Shown here: positions 9,269 through 18,639 of the stretch, in pieces
Numbering within the stretch: position 1 is the first letter of the stretch
How the letters are laid out: the number at the start of each line of letters is the position of its first letter
NCBI GenBank assembly: GCA_051660585.1
Contig: JBOFPV010000040.1
Span: forward strand, 128,841 to 192,840
Length of the DNA: 64,000 bases
DNA from: Tannerellaceae bacterium
Lineage (GTDB): Bacteria; Bacteroidota; Bacteroidia; Bacteroidales; CAMTPD01
Direction of reading: 5' to 3'
Notes under the pieces: model-generated
What the model was told of the DNA's origin: nothing
Database searches by the model: none
Seen by the model: only the letters and a program-made list of their open reading frames with translations
Program-made: the position numbers and the translations under genes

Positions 9269-10429
9269 TTATTTAAGAAGTTCGTCGAGCTTTTTATAGA
9301 ATTCAGGAGATTCTCCTAAGATAACAGCTTCGATTTCGCCTTTTGGACTGATGATCATCTTAGTTGGGAAACCTTGAATAGCATAAGTCGTAGTGATATC
9401 GTTCTCTTTTGTGTTTTGAACGTTGATCCATGGAAGTTGGTTGTCTGCTACACCTTGTTTCCATTTTTCTTCTGTATCATTACAGTCGATGCCCACGAAT
9501 TCAACTTTCTTGTTGTATTTTTCGTAGTAAGACTTCATTTCAGGGAATCCTTTGATACACCATCCGCACCATACACCCCAGAAGTCAAGAACGATGTACT
9601 TGCCTTTGCCATAAAGCGAAGAAAGCGTAAACGGTTTGCCATTGATGTCTGTCAATGTAAAGTCTGGTGTTTGCTTGCCAACTGCGATATTCTCTTTTGC
9701 TTTGTTGATGGCGATTTGTTTGTTTGCACTCGCCATGTGGTTGTCAATGATACCTTTGAAAGGACCATTTTTCACCTCCGGAGTAATGATTTCATAGAAT
9801 GCAATCGCACTATCGGCCGAAAGTGTATTGAAGTAGAAACCTGAAACGATGCTACCCGGATTGTTGCGGATGTATTGCATTTTGTATGCATTCAATGATT
9901 CAAATAAAGGCATCATTTTATTGTACTCTTCGCGTAGAGTGCTGTCAGGTGTTCCTGACATTTGCATCTGTCTGAGTTTGCTTTGTGCTGCTTTGATTTG
10001 ATCTTCGATTGGTTTGTGGTCTTTTTCTGTCTTTTTCAATTCGTCGTACAAAGGTGTACCCGTAACTTCGTAATCAAGTCCTGTTTCAGTAAATTCAGCT
10101 TTTACGTTCACTTTCTCATTCGGAAAACGGAAGAAGTTGATTGCTTCCATACGCATTGCACGCATGTTTCCGTCGGGTAGAGTTTTTGGCAACTCCAGTA
10201 TCGATACCATTAATGCTGTAGAATCAGGTAGATTGAAGTCGATCTTTTTGTCTTTTAGGGCTATGGTGTCACGAATGAGACCTCTTTCACCCATTGAAGC
10301 ATAGGCTACAATTACAGAATCGCTTTCAACACCATTAATTACTCCGGTAAGATTTCCGGATGGCGCTTGCGTACAAGAGGCAATAGTTAACAGGCCGCCT
10401 CCCGCCAATAATGAAATAAACTTCTTCAT
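9269..10429 (-). CDS. TlpA/AhpC-family thiol:disulfide oxidoreductase lipoprotein (N-terminal DUF4369-like domain plus thioredoxin fold).
   Basis: 386-aa ORF with lipobox LLTIASC and a CxxC motif (WGVWCGWCIKGFPEM) in the C-terminal thioredoxin-like domain. Confidence 0.85.
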   Translation of the reverse strand: MKKFISLLAGGGLLTIASCTQAPSGNLTGVINGVESDSVIVAYASMGERGLIRDTIALKDKKIDFNLPDSTALMVSILELPKTLPDGNMRAMRMEAINFFRFPNEKVNVKAEFTETGLDYEVTGTPLYDELKKTEKDHKPIEDQIKAAQSKLRQMQMSGTPDSTLREEYNKMMPLFESLNAYKMQYIRNNPGSIVSGFYFNTLSADSAIAFYEIITPEVKNGPFKGIIDNHMASANKQIAINKAKENIAVGKQTPDFTLTDINGKPFTLSSLYGKGKYIVLDFWGVWCGWCIKGFPEMKSYYEKYNKKVEFVGIDCNDTEEKWKQGVADNQLPWINVQNTKENDITTTYAIQGFPTKMIISPKGEIEAVILGESPEFYKKLDELLK

Positions 10430-10510
10430 AATATGAGATAAACGTTAATACTCAGTGGTAAAAGTATGAATTAAATTTATTCACAAGTTGCCCTGAGTGT
10501 ATTATTTTAT

Positions 10511-10553
10511 AAAAATAGCCACTTGTTTTTGAAAAAATCAACAACAGGTGGCT
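10511..10553 (-). terminator. Hairpin plus U-tract immediately after the 34-aa mini-ORF.
   Basis: agccacttgtt (10517-10527) pairs with aacaggtggct (10543-10553), with 1 mismatch. An A-run at 10511-10515 on the plus strand gives a U-tract on the minus strand. Confidence 0.55.
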
Positions 10554-10561
10554 CTGATGAA

Positions 10562-10666
10562 TTATTTGTCTTTTTTGCGACGCGTGAGTCGTCCGATGAT
10601 ATAAATAAAAGCACCGATCAAAACAACATAAATCAGCAATTCGCCCATGTCCATATTTAGTCCCAT
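10562..10666 (-). CDS. Candidate 34-aa single-TM peptide, MGLNMDMGELLIYVVLIGAFIYIIGRLTRRKKDK.
   Basis: An ATG-to-TAA frame I read by hand. It is below the ORF-track threshold in that frame. It has a hydrophobic core and a basic tail, and it lies between two hairpin terminators. A frameshifted paralog lies at 16587-16634. Confidence 0.35.
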   Translation of the reverse strand: MGLNMDMGELLIYVVLIGAFIYIIGRLTRRKKDK

Positions 10667-10773
10667 AATCGTAATAATTTATTGGTTTCTTATTCTTTAC
10701 TGATAAAACAAATAACAGAGGCAGATTGTGAAATAAATTTATTTTTTTTTCGAAGCTATTTTTTTTTAAATAC

Positions 10774-10803
10774 AAAAGAGCCGTTCCGAAGAGCGACTCT
10801 TTT
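10774..10803 (-). terminator. Hairpin terminator downstream of susD (copy 1).
   Basis: The sequence is aaaagag-c-cgttc-cgaa-gagcg-a-ctctttt. A-runs and T-runs on both sides make it potentially bidirectional. Confidence 0.65.
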
Positions 10804-10876
10804 ATTTTAGTAGTATTAATTATAAATAGAAAGGTAGGTTAAATCTACTTTTATATTTACGATTCTCCATTCCTAA

Positions 10877-12877
10877 TTAGTCGATAGCAGGTGTATTTGC
10901 TTCAAGCGACCATTGAGGGTTTTGATAAATAGGAGAGCTTGTAAGATCTGAAGGATTCGATGCAGTGATCAGGAAGTGCTGAATTGCGATTGGTTCCAAA
11001 TAATTTGCAGTACTCCAGTTGTAACCATCGTAAACCTTGTTGTTTACTTTGATGATTTGGTTAGGGCGTACGTATTTACTGTTTTTGCGATTCGAAATAT
11101 TACCTTGTTTGTCAGATGTTCCTTCTTCGATGAACTCGCTTTTGCCTTCGTCATCTACATACTGATTAGCATATGTACTTTCCCAAAGGTTGAATCCTTC
11201 GATTTGATAGTTCTTTACCATATCCAATGCTCTCCAACGGATCAAGTCATCGTAGCGGAAGCCTTCTGACATGAATTCGTTACGACGCTCGCGACGGATG
11301 TTGAACAATGTAGGATCTACCAATGAAGTACCAGAGTATTTAGCCCAGTCGCCTTCTTTGCTTAGGTCTGTTGCTGCGATTGTTTTATTCAAGTCGTCGC
11401 TAACACCAGCTCTTGAGCGAAGTGCTTTCCAGTATTCTGTTGCTTTTGCATCCAAAGATCCGTTCTTAACGTATGAAGCCTCGATGTAGTTTAGATATGC
11501 TTCAGCTGCTCTGAATACGATACAACCATAAGTTTGAGCAACACCAGTTGTTGGTTGAGCTGGATCATAAGATAAACATTTACGAGTGCAATAACCTGTT
11601 ACGGCACGGTTTTCTGGTTGTTCCAATAGAACTGGTTTGCCAAATGTTTGAATTTTAGCGGCTTTGTCAATTGTGCGAAGGTCAGATGGAGCAATCATAA
11701 ACAGTTGAAGACGTCCGTCGCGATCTTTCTTTACCAGTTCGACTGAGTCTTCTCCTGCATAACCAGAGTTTGATGCATAGATTGGAAGACCATTTTCCAT
11801 AAGGAAGCCGTCTACCATGCTTTTTGTCAAACCAGAGTTACCACCACCTGAAAGGATGTAAGTTGTAACAGCGTGGTTGATATTGTGGGTTGCAGAGTAA
11901 GATTTCCAGAAGATTACTTCCTTGAAGTCTTCCATGCTGTTTGCGTTGAACATGTCAAAATAAGGATTCCAACTGTTGAACTTACCATCAGGATTAACAA
12001 CTCCTGTGTTTTGTGTTAGAGGAGAAGCATCTGCTACTTCTTGAGCAGCTTCCATTGCCTCTGTTAAGAAGAAGTTGATTTCACTGTCGATATCAATAGA
12101 GAAACCTTGATTGTAATCTTTTGATGCACCCGGCCATCCTGGTCCGCCCGGTACGCGAGCTGTTCCTTGGTGATATTTCAACCAAGTAGCTTCGAAAAGA
12201 GCAACTCTTGATTTGAATAGAAGGGCTGCGTTTTTAGTCAAACGGTTCTTCTTACCTACAGGATCATTAGTCATTAAAATGATTGAAGAGTCTAGGTCGG
12301 CAAGGATAAAGCGAGCTACTTCATTTCTTGGGCTACGTTTACTTGCTGCAATTAGCTCTTCAGGTTTATCCGGTAATGTGTTTTTTACAATTGGGAAATC
12401 ACCATATGATTTTAATTTATTGAAGTATTCGTAAGCTCTAAGAAAATATACTTCACCAATGTATTGTTCGATGTTTTTAGGAGCTCCTTGTATTTTGCCC
12501 GATTTCCAGTTTGGAATCACATGCTCGAAGAAGTAGTTTGCATTACGGATACGGCCGAAGTCCCATCCTCCTCCTGATTGAGGAACACGCTTTTCTCCCG
12601 GTACCCATCTTGAGTATGAAGCATCTGTTGTAGCTTGGTTGTCTGTGTTGTCGTCACCACGTAATACGGTTCCTAATCCCCAACCTCCGTGAGTTGTGAA
12701 ACTATACATGTTGACCGCATACGACGCAAGGTCTGCTTCTGTTGTAAAGAACTGACCCGGTGTTACTTGGTCTAGCGGTTCTCTGTCTAGAAAATCGTTG
12801 CACGATGTTGTTAGTAATACACCTGCCGAAAGGCAAGTGTATTTTAATATTGATTGTATCTTGTTGTTCATAATCAT
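10877..12877 (-). CDS. susD: SusD/RagB-family nutrient-binding outer-membrane lipoprotein.
   Basis: 666-aa ORF with lipobox LLTTSC followed by NDFLDREP. It starts 24 nt after the susC stop. Confidence 0.9.
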   Translation of the reverse strand: MIMNNKIQSILKYTCLSAGVLLTTSCNDFLDREPLDQVTPGQFFTTEADLASYAVNMYSFTTHGGWGLGTVLRGDDNTDNQATTDASYSRWVPGEKRVPQSGGGWDFGRIRNANYFFEHVIPNWKSGKIQGAPKNIEQYIGEVYFLRAYEYFNKLKSYGDFPIVKNTLPDKPEELIAASKRSPRNEVARFILADLDSSIILMTNDPVGKKNRLTKNAALLFKSRVALFEATWLKYHQGTARVPGGPGWPGASKDYNQGFSIDIDSEINFFLTEAMEAAQEVADASPLTQNTGVVNPDGKFNSWNPYFDMFNANSMEDFKEVIFWKSYSATHNINHAVTTYILSGGGNSGLTKSMVDGFLMENGLPIYASNSGYAGEDSVELVKKDRDGRLQLFMIAPSDLRTIDKAAKIQTFGKPVLLEQPENRAVTGYCTRKCLSYDPAQPTTGVAQTYGCIVFRAAEAYLNYIEASYVKNGSLDAKATEYWKALRSRAGVSDDLNKTIAATDLSKEGDWAKYSGTSLVDPTLFNIRRERRNEFMSEGFRYDDLIRWRALDMVKNYQIEGFNLWESTYANQYVDDEGKSEFIEEGTSDKQGNISNRKNSKYVRPNQIIKVNNKVYDGYNWSTANYLEPIAIQHFLITASNPSDLTSSPIYQNPQWSLEANTPAID

Positions 12878-12901
12878 TGCTTGTTAATAATTGGCGTCTA
12901 A

Positions 12902-15900
12902 TTAGAAGTTTACGTTCAAACCAAATGAAATAACTTTTGATAGAGGGTAGGTTTTACCTTCACCCCATCCACCACCGATTGTTTCAGGGTCGAAAATACT
13001 TGTCATTTTAGTACCTGTAAGGAGGTTGTCTCCTGAGATGAATACACGTAAATATTGAAGACCAGCTTTTGAAATCCATTGTTGAGGGAATGTATAACCT
13101 ACTTGAAGGTTTTTCATACGGATATAAGCAGCATTCTGTAAATATTTAGTTTGCGTTTGTTGGTTCTTACCGCCACCGTCAAAGATAGGACGTGGATAGT
13201 ATGAATCAAGGTTTGCGCCCATTGGGTGACCTTCAGGACGGAAGAAGTCTAAATGTTCTACGAATCCTGCCGATTGCCACATACCGCCGTTTGCCCCCCA
13301 GAAGTATGGACCACCAATTGCGTAGTCACGTTTACCTACCCCTTGAAAGAATACCGAGATATCGAAACCTTTCCATTGAGCATCTAATGTTACACCGAAG
13401 TTGAAGCGAGCTGTAGAGTTACCAATCACTTTTCTATCGCCGGTTTCACCAAGGATACCTTTTCCACCATCGATTTTACCGTCACCATTCAAGTCTTTGT
13501 ACATGATGTCTCCGGCTGCCCATTTGTTACCAAGTGCATTTTGTCCGCCATTTGGAAGTGAAGCCAAGTGGGCATCCATTTCTTCTTGAGATTTAGCGAT
13601 GCCAATTGTTTCATAACCCCAGATTTCACCGCTGTAACGTCCTGCAAACCATTGACTGATGTTTCCGGTTGCATTTGGATAACGTGTTACTTTTTGTTGA
13701 GCATCTGAAAGTACTCCTTTTACACCATATGATACATTACCAATACGATCTCTCCATCCAATTTCAAGTTCGAAACCATATGATTTCATATCGGCATTGT
13801 TCAATTTAGGAACACTTGTACCTAAGATAACCGGAAGTTCAGGAGCTGGACCTACCATGTCAAGCGTTTTACGCACGAAGTAGTCAAACGATCCTGTTAA
13901 GCGATTGTTGAATGCACCCCAGTCGAAACCAACGTTCCATGATTGAACGCGTTCCCAAGTAAGAAGCGAACTTACAAGACCTGGAGCTGATGATGTATTT
14001 GGTTTTTCACCATTGATCAACCATCCGCCGTTTGCAGTACCAAAAGGCATTGTTTGATAGAATGGATACCAGCTTGACATGTTTTGGTTACCAAGTTCAC
14101 CCCAAGAACCTCTTAATTTCAATGTACTAACAATATCTTCATATGATTGCCAGAAATCTTCACGAGCAATGTTCCATCCGGCAGAGAATGAAGGGAAGAA
14201 GTTCCAACGTTTGTCTCCAATAAAACGAGATGTACCGTCGTAACGTCCATTCAACTCAACCATATAGCGTTCTTTGTAGTTGTAGTTGATACGACCAAAG
14301 AAACCTGCAGTAGACCAGTGTGAATAGCCACCTCCTGCTTTTTGGTTAGATGTTGCAGTATTGATTGTAGGTACGTTAGGTGTAATCAAACCATCTCTAC
14401 TTCCACTTACATCACGGGCATTAAGAAGTTCGGCATTGAAACCAACCATTGCTTTAAAGTAGTGACCATTATCGAAGTTCTTGAAATAGTCTGTATAAAG
14501 GTTGGTTGTATAGAAGTTTTCTTTCCATGCATACTCACTAACTCGGCTCATGCCTGGAGTAGAATAGTCGTCGTTCCATTTCATTGCATATGCATTTCCG
14601 TCACCATCGTGTGCATAAACCGGCAATACTTCCCAGTGATTGAAACGATCTGTTGTGCGCATGTTGCCTTCTGCATAAATCTTCCAGTCTTTGATAGGCT
14701 CGAAAGTTAACTGAAGCTGCTGATAGTTCCAGTCTTTTTGATCTTTGTCGCGACCACCATCTCTCAATTGAATAGCTTCACTGCCTTCCATTAAGAATCC
14801 ATTCGGATCGTATAATGGATTGGTAGGCCAGCGACGAGCGATATTGTGATAGAATAATCCACCTTGATATGCTGCACGGTCGTAGTCTTCACGCACCCAA
14901 CGGCCACCATAAGATAGGCTTACCCAGTCAGAGATTTGTGCATTTAATTTGCTGTTGATTGAGTAACGTTGGTAGTTGTCGTTGCTAAAGCGAAGAAGAC
15001 CATTGGTGTCCATAAAGTTACCAGATATCAAATAAGTAACTTTTTCATTACCTCCGTTTACACTGATGTTGTGTTCTTGAGAGAATGCCCATTTTTTGTA
15101 GTGTTCTTTGAACCAGTCTGTATTTGCATTCGCACCACCATATTCGTTCCAGCGATTGCTGTTTTTATTAAGTGTAGTACCAGCTTCAAGTTCTCCGCGT
15201 TGGTATGCTTGGATACGTCCCATCATTTCATCGTTGAAAACAGGGCTTTGTCCATTATTTGCTGCTGCTTCATTGAAGTATTGAGCAAAGTTATATGAAT
15301 CCATCATTTTAGGAGTCAACAATGGATCGGTAAAACGCATCGAGTTGTTGTAGTTTACAGTTGCACGACCTGATTTACCTTTTTTAGTTGTGATCAAGAT
15401 AACCCCGAAAGGTGCACGTGATCCATATACTGCTGCTGATGCAGCATCTTTAAGTACAGAGATGCTTTCGATATCCTGTGGATTAAGAGCATTCATGTTA
15501 CCCTCCATACCATCGATCAATACAAGAGGGGAACTTGATGAACCTTCACCAATTGTACCACCACCACGGATATTAACACTTAATGTATTATTAAGCTCAC
15601 CACCACTGTTGTTTGTGCTAAAGTTAAGACCAGGAACAACACCTTGAAGGGCTTGAGATACGTTTTGTACAGGACGAGCTTCGAGTGCTTCTGCAGAAAC
15701 CTGGCTTACTGCACCTGTAACGTTCACTTTCTTTTGAGAACCAAAACCAACAACAACAACTTCATCCAATGTTTTTGTGTCTTCTTTCATTGTGAACTTG
15801 AAGACTGTTTGGTTGCCGATTGTTTGGTTGATTGCATGGTAACCTACATAGGTAAGTGTGATCACGTCTTTTCCAGATACTCGAGGTAATGTAAAATTAC

Positions 15901-16183
15901 CATCTATATCTGTAACGGTACCATTTGTAGTGCCTTTTACTGCAATACTTACACCGATAAGCGGTTCACCTGTTTCATCTACAACTGTACCTTTAATCGT
16001 TTTTGATTGCTGGGCAATACTTGTTGAGATTGTAAAAGGTTCTGTTTCATGATTTGTTTCGGGGCTAGCCATTGCTACTGTAGGGACAAGTAATGTAGCT
16101 ACTAGAATAGATTTAAACTTTCTAAGGTTGCCTTCGTTTCGTAGGTGTTGTTCTACGATTGAGGCGAATGAATAGTTATTCAT
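12902..16183 (-). CDS. susC: SusC/RagA-family TonB-dependent outer-membrane transporter.
   Basis: The start was chosen at MNNYSF (16183). A carboxypeptidase-regulatory-like domain (IKGTVVDETGEPLIGVSIAVKG) directly follows the signal peptide, so there is no STN domain. The C-terminus ends in F. Confidence 0.92.
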   Translation of the reverse strand: MNNYSFASIVEQHLRNEGNLRKFKSILVATLLVPTVAMASPETNHETEPFTISTSIAQQSKTIKGTVVDETGEPLIGVSIAVKGTTNGTVTDIDGNFTLPRVSGKDVITLTYVGYHAINQTIGNQTVFKFTMKEDTKTLDEVVVVGFGSQKKVNVTGAVSQVSAEALEARPVQNVSQALQGVVPGLNFSTNNSGGELNNTLSVNIRGGGTIGEGSSSSPLVLIDGMEGNMNALNPQDIESISVLKDAASAAVYGSRAPFGVILITTKKGKSGRATVNYNNSMRFTDPLLTPKMMDSYNFAQYFNEAAANNGQSPVFNDEMMGRIQAYQRGELEAGTTLNKNSNRWNEYGGANANTDWFKEHYKKWAFSQEHNISVNGGNEKVTYLISGNFMDTNGLLRFSNDNYQRYSINSKLNAQISDWVSLSYGGRWVREDYDRAAYQGGLFYHNIARRWPTNPLYDPNGFLMEGSEAIQLRDGGRDKDQKDWNYQQLQLTFEPIKDWKIYAEGNMRTTDRFNHWEVLPVYAHDGDGNAYAMKWNDDYSTPGMSRVSEYAWKENFYTTNLYTDYFKNFDNGHYFKAMVGFNAELLNARDVSGSRDGLITPNVPTINTATSNQKAGGGYSHWSTAGFFGRINYNYKERYMVELNGRYDGTSRFIGDKRWNFFPSFSAGWNIAREDFWQSYEDIVSTLKLRGSWGELGNQNMSSWYPFYQTMPFGTANGGWLINGEKPNTSSAPGLVSSLLTWERVQSWNVGFDWGAFNNRLTGSFDYFVRKTLDMVGPAPELPVILGTSVPKLNNADMKSYGFELEIGWRDRIGNVSYGVKGVLSDAQQKVTRYPNATGNISQWFAGRYSGEIWGYETIGIAKSQEEMDAHLASLPNGGQNALGNKWAAGDIMYKDLNGDGKIDGGKGILGETGDRKVIGNSTARFNFGVTLDAQWKGFDISVFFQGVGKRDYAIGGPYFWGANGGMWQSAGFVEHLDFFRPEGHPMGANLDSYYPRPIFDGGGKNQQTQTKYLQNAAYIRMKNLQVGYTFPQQWISKAGLQYLRVFISGDNLLTGTKMTSIFDPETIGGGWGEGKTYPLSKVISFGLNVNF

Positions 16184-16295
16184 AAGCTTGTGTTTATAAT
16201 GGAGATCTAATTGGCGATTAAGTTTACACTCTAAATGATATTTTAGCATTTAGTATCATCTAAGCGCCGGCAAATATATACAAATTAATTAATCT
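16050..16295 (-). repeat. SusC 5' module, copy 1 (promoter-proximal DNA plus the first ~45 codons).
   Basis: Alignable with 22020-22270. The N-terminal peptides are about 70% identical, and the upstream string gccggcaaatatatacaaattaattaatc matches gccacgaatatatgcaaattaatcaac. Confidence 0.7.
16271..16278 (-). promoter_or_regulatory. Bacteroides-type -7 box (TATATTTG on the minus strand) upstream of susC (12902-16183).
   Basis: Exact TAnnTTTG match about 90 nt upstream of the ATG. Only a partial -33 element (CTTG) is present 18 nt upstream. Confidence 0.45.
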
Positions 16296-16564
16296 GCAAG
16301 TAAAATATATTAAAAATATTTTGTTTTTGTTTGTGTTTCTAATTAATAAAATAACAAAATGCTATGCATTATTCGTATTCTCTGCTTTATATTGATTCTT
16401 GTAAATGTATTTATTTCAGTAATATTTACTGTTTGTGAGTGTTTGTTTTTCTAATTATATATGGTTTAAATTATTTAAATCAAAATAAATAATGCGGCGT
16501 TTGTGTTAGTTTGTATGTGTTTGGTTTGTTTATTTTGGTTATTCTTCGTGTGTTAATATTGTAT

Positions 16565-16815
16565 ACTTTTAGCGGCGCGCGAATCGTTAAGGGGTGGAAG
16601 TGTCGATAAACAACATAATCAGCAATCTGTACATGTTGACGTTTAGTCTTAGAGTCGTAATAATTTATTGGCTTCGGGTTGCTTGTTGGTACGATAAATA
16701 GTGGAGGTGTTTTTAGGAAAACTAAATTTATTTCAAAACGCAAAAGAGCCGTTCCGAAGAACGACTCTTTTGTATTTTAGTAGTATTAAATATAAATAGA
16801 TAGGTCGGTTAAGTC
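16565..16815 (-). repeat. SusD 3'-flank module, copy 2, including a decayed mini-ORF (16587-16634, 15 codons).
   Basis: It has the same hairpin and conserved spacer as copy 1. The mini-ORF homolog atgtacagattgctgatt-atgttgttt-atcgac carries 1-nt deletions relative to copy 1. Confidence 0.7.
16742..16771 (-). terminator. Hairpin terminator downstream of the second susD (copy 2).
   Basis: aaaagag-c-cgttc-cgaa-gaacg-a-ctctttt has a perfect inner stem and a UUCG loop on the minus-strand RNA. Confidence 0.7.
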
Positions 16816-16820
16816 CTAGA

Positions 16821-18626
16821 TTAACGATCCCACCAAATACGACCTTTGGAATCTAGTTCTTCACCATATGCCGGGCCTCCGTTTGCTTTCATCAGGTTCT
16901 GGAGTGCTATGTCGCGTTCGACCGGATTTTGGGTTGAAGTTGGTAGATTTCGACGACGTGGCATTGTTAATTTAATGCCCGTGTTTGTGTAAGGTTGCTC
17001 CCAAATTGCGGCAAATTGGTATGGTGAATCCTCTTCGAATTTAGGATATCCTGTTCGTTTCCACTGTGCATACATTTCGTCTGCATTCTTTAATGAATGC
17101 ACCCACATTTGAGATAGAATCATTTCTTTTTGTTGTTCGATAGATCCACTCAGTTTTCCATAATCTGAAGCAAGGAATTGATCAATCTCATCTGTAGTAA
17201 TTGGTGTATTTACAGCAGCCGGAACAAAGATTTCAGTACCTATTGTTTGATACATCTCAATTGAAGAACGGATACCGTCTTGATACCAGGTATTAGCAGT
17301 TTTACCCGCAACAGATCCTTTGTATAGAGCACATTCGGCAAGCATAAAACATACATCCGAATAAGTGATTAAAGATGTTTTCATTTTAATCTCATCACCA
17401 GGTTTGCGCAGTGCGATTGAAGTTTGATCATCATCTTCACCTTCTTTATATCCTCCATTCTTTACAAAGTAGCGACCTTGTATTAGTGAAGTAGGACGTA
17501 GTGTGATGTCGTCAAGTTTTGTAGGATCATCAAGTTTTGGGCAATTTTTGTATACAATTCCGCGAATCCAATTCAACGTATCTTGCACTGCTTTTGGTGA
17601 AACCGGAGCTCCCCAATAGTTGTCTTTAGCCCATGATATTTCAGCAGCTTCTGGATAAGCACCAAGAACTTGTTTGTATTTATTTAAATCAGCTCTAAAA
17701 TCGTTGCCTCTAATCATCAGACGTAGTCGAGGGTCTTCAGATCGTTTCAAGAATTCAACAAAGGCTTTTGTCGTTTGGTATGACTGCCAAATTTGATTGA
17801 TATCGTCAATGTTATTATTGTGATCTTTTGGGTGTCTGTAGAAGCAAGATTCCTCATTTGATGATGGAAGCATTTCTGCTTTACCAACTTCAGACAAAAC
17901 TGTTTCGAAAAATTCAGGATCCGATTTTTGCATACGCATTGCTATTCTTAATCGGAAAGCATTTGTGAACTTACTCCATTTAGCATAGTCTCCATTATAA
18001 AAGAAATCTTGGTTGCCTAGCTCTATATATCCAGAAGTTGAAGACAAGTCGACTACTGCTTGCTTTAATTTTTCTTCAAACAAAGTATAGAGATCCCAGA
18101 TGTAATCATATTTAGGTTGGTTGATGTTTTCATCACGACCAAGAAATGCCTCTGTGTATGGCATTGCTCCATGTGTTTCGGCAACCAACCATGCTTGATA
18201 TATTTCAAGTATTTGACAGATTGCTTTCAATCCTTTGTATTGAGCTTGCTCAGATTCAGTGCGTCGATCTATTTCATTCATTGTTTCTCTTAGATTCCTG
18301 CCACGATTATTGTAGTAGTCTCCCCAAGCCGGAGAATGAACAGTTCTTCCTGCAATATCACTAGGATCTACAAAATGGCCATTGTTCTCAACGCCTGATT
18401 TAGAAGTCAGGTATTGCATTTGAGCAAGAGCGCCTCCGTATAATCCAATGAGGTGATCTCTACTGCTGTTAAGAAAGTTTTGTGTTGCTGCCGTAAACAT
18501 ATACTCTGGTTTTGTTGTAGGCATTACATCAGGATTTGTATTAATCTCTTGCAGTTCGTCCATGCATGAAGAGAGTAATAATAATGAGAAACAAGGGATA
18601 ATATATTTTTTGAATTTTAGTTTCAT
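16821..18626 (-). CDS. SusD-like outer-membrane lipoprotein (short SusD-like_2/3 type).
   Basis: 601-aa ORF with lipobox LLLLSSC. It starts 13 nt after the upstream susC stop. Confidence 0.85.
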   Translation of the reverse strand: MKLKFKKYIIPCFSLLLLSSCMDELQEINTNPDVMPTTKPEYMFTAATQNFLNSSRDHLIGLYGGALAQMQYLTSKSGVENNGHFVDPSDIAGRTVHSPAWGDYYNNRGRNLRETMNEIDRRTESEQAQYKGLKAICQILEIYQAWLVAETHGAMPYTEAFLGRDENINQPKYDYIWDLYTLFEEKLKQAVVDLSSTSGYIELGNQDFFYNGDYAKWSKFTNAFRLRIAMRMQKSDPEFFETVLSEVGKAEMLPSSNEESCFYRHPKDHNNNIDDINQIWQSYQTTKAFVEFLKRSEDPRLRLMIRGNDFRADLNKYKQVLGAYPEAAEISWAKDNYWGAPVSPKAVQDTLNWIRGIVYKNCPKLDDPTKLDDITLRPTSLIQGRYFVKNGGYKEGEDDDQTSIALRKPGDEIKMKTSLITYSDVCFMLAECALYKGSVAGKTANTWYQDGIRSSIEMYQTIGTEIFVPAAVNTPITTDEIDQFLASDYGKLSGSIEQQKEMILSQMWVHSLKNADEMYAQWKRTGYPKFEEDSPYQFAAIWEQPYTNTGIKLTMPRRRNLPTSTQNPVERDIALQNLMKANGGPAYGEELDSKGRIWWDR

Positions 18627-18639
18627 ATATTGATAGCTT

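Larger units (their letters stand above)
10562..10860 (-). repeat. SusD 3'-flank module, copy 1 (terminator hairpin, conserved spacer and mini-ORF).
   Basis: Alignable by eye with 16565-16815. Shared strings include aaaagagccgttccgaagRRcgactctttt, ttttagtagtattaaWtataaataga and gtaataatttattgg. Confidence 0.75.

Noticed and set aside
10452-10775. 107-aa ORF (-) in the susD-TlpA intergenic region.
   Set aside because: It runs through two hairpin terminators and AT-rich low-complexity DNA. The frame is not shared with the homologous copy at 16.6 kb. I replaced it with the 34-aa frame, itself kept at low confidence.
16480-16743. 87-aa ORF (-) between the susD and susC cassettes.
   Set aside because: It spans the decayed flank module and the terminator, has no start context, and has low-complexity composition.
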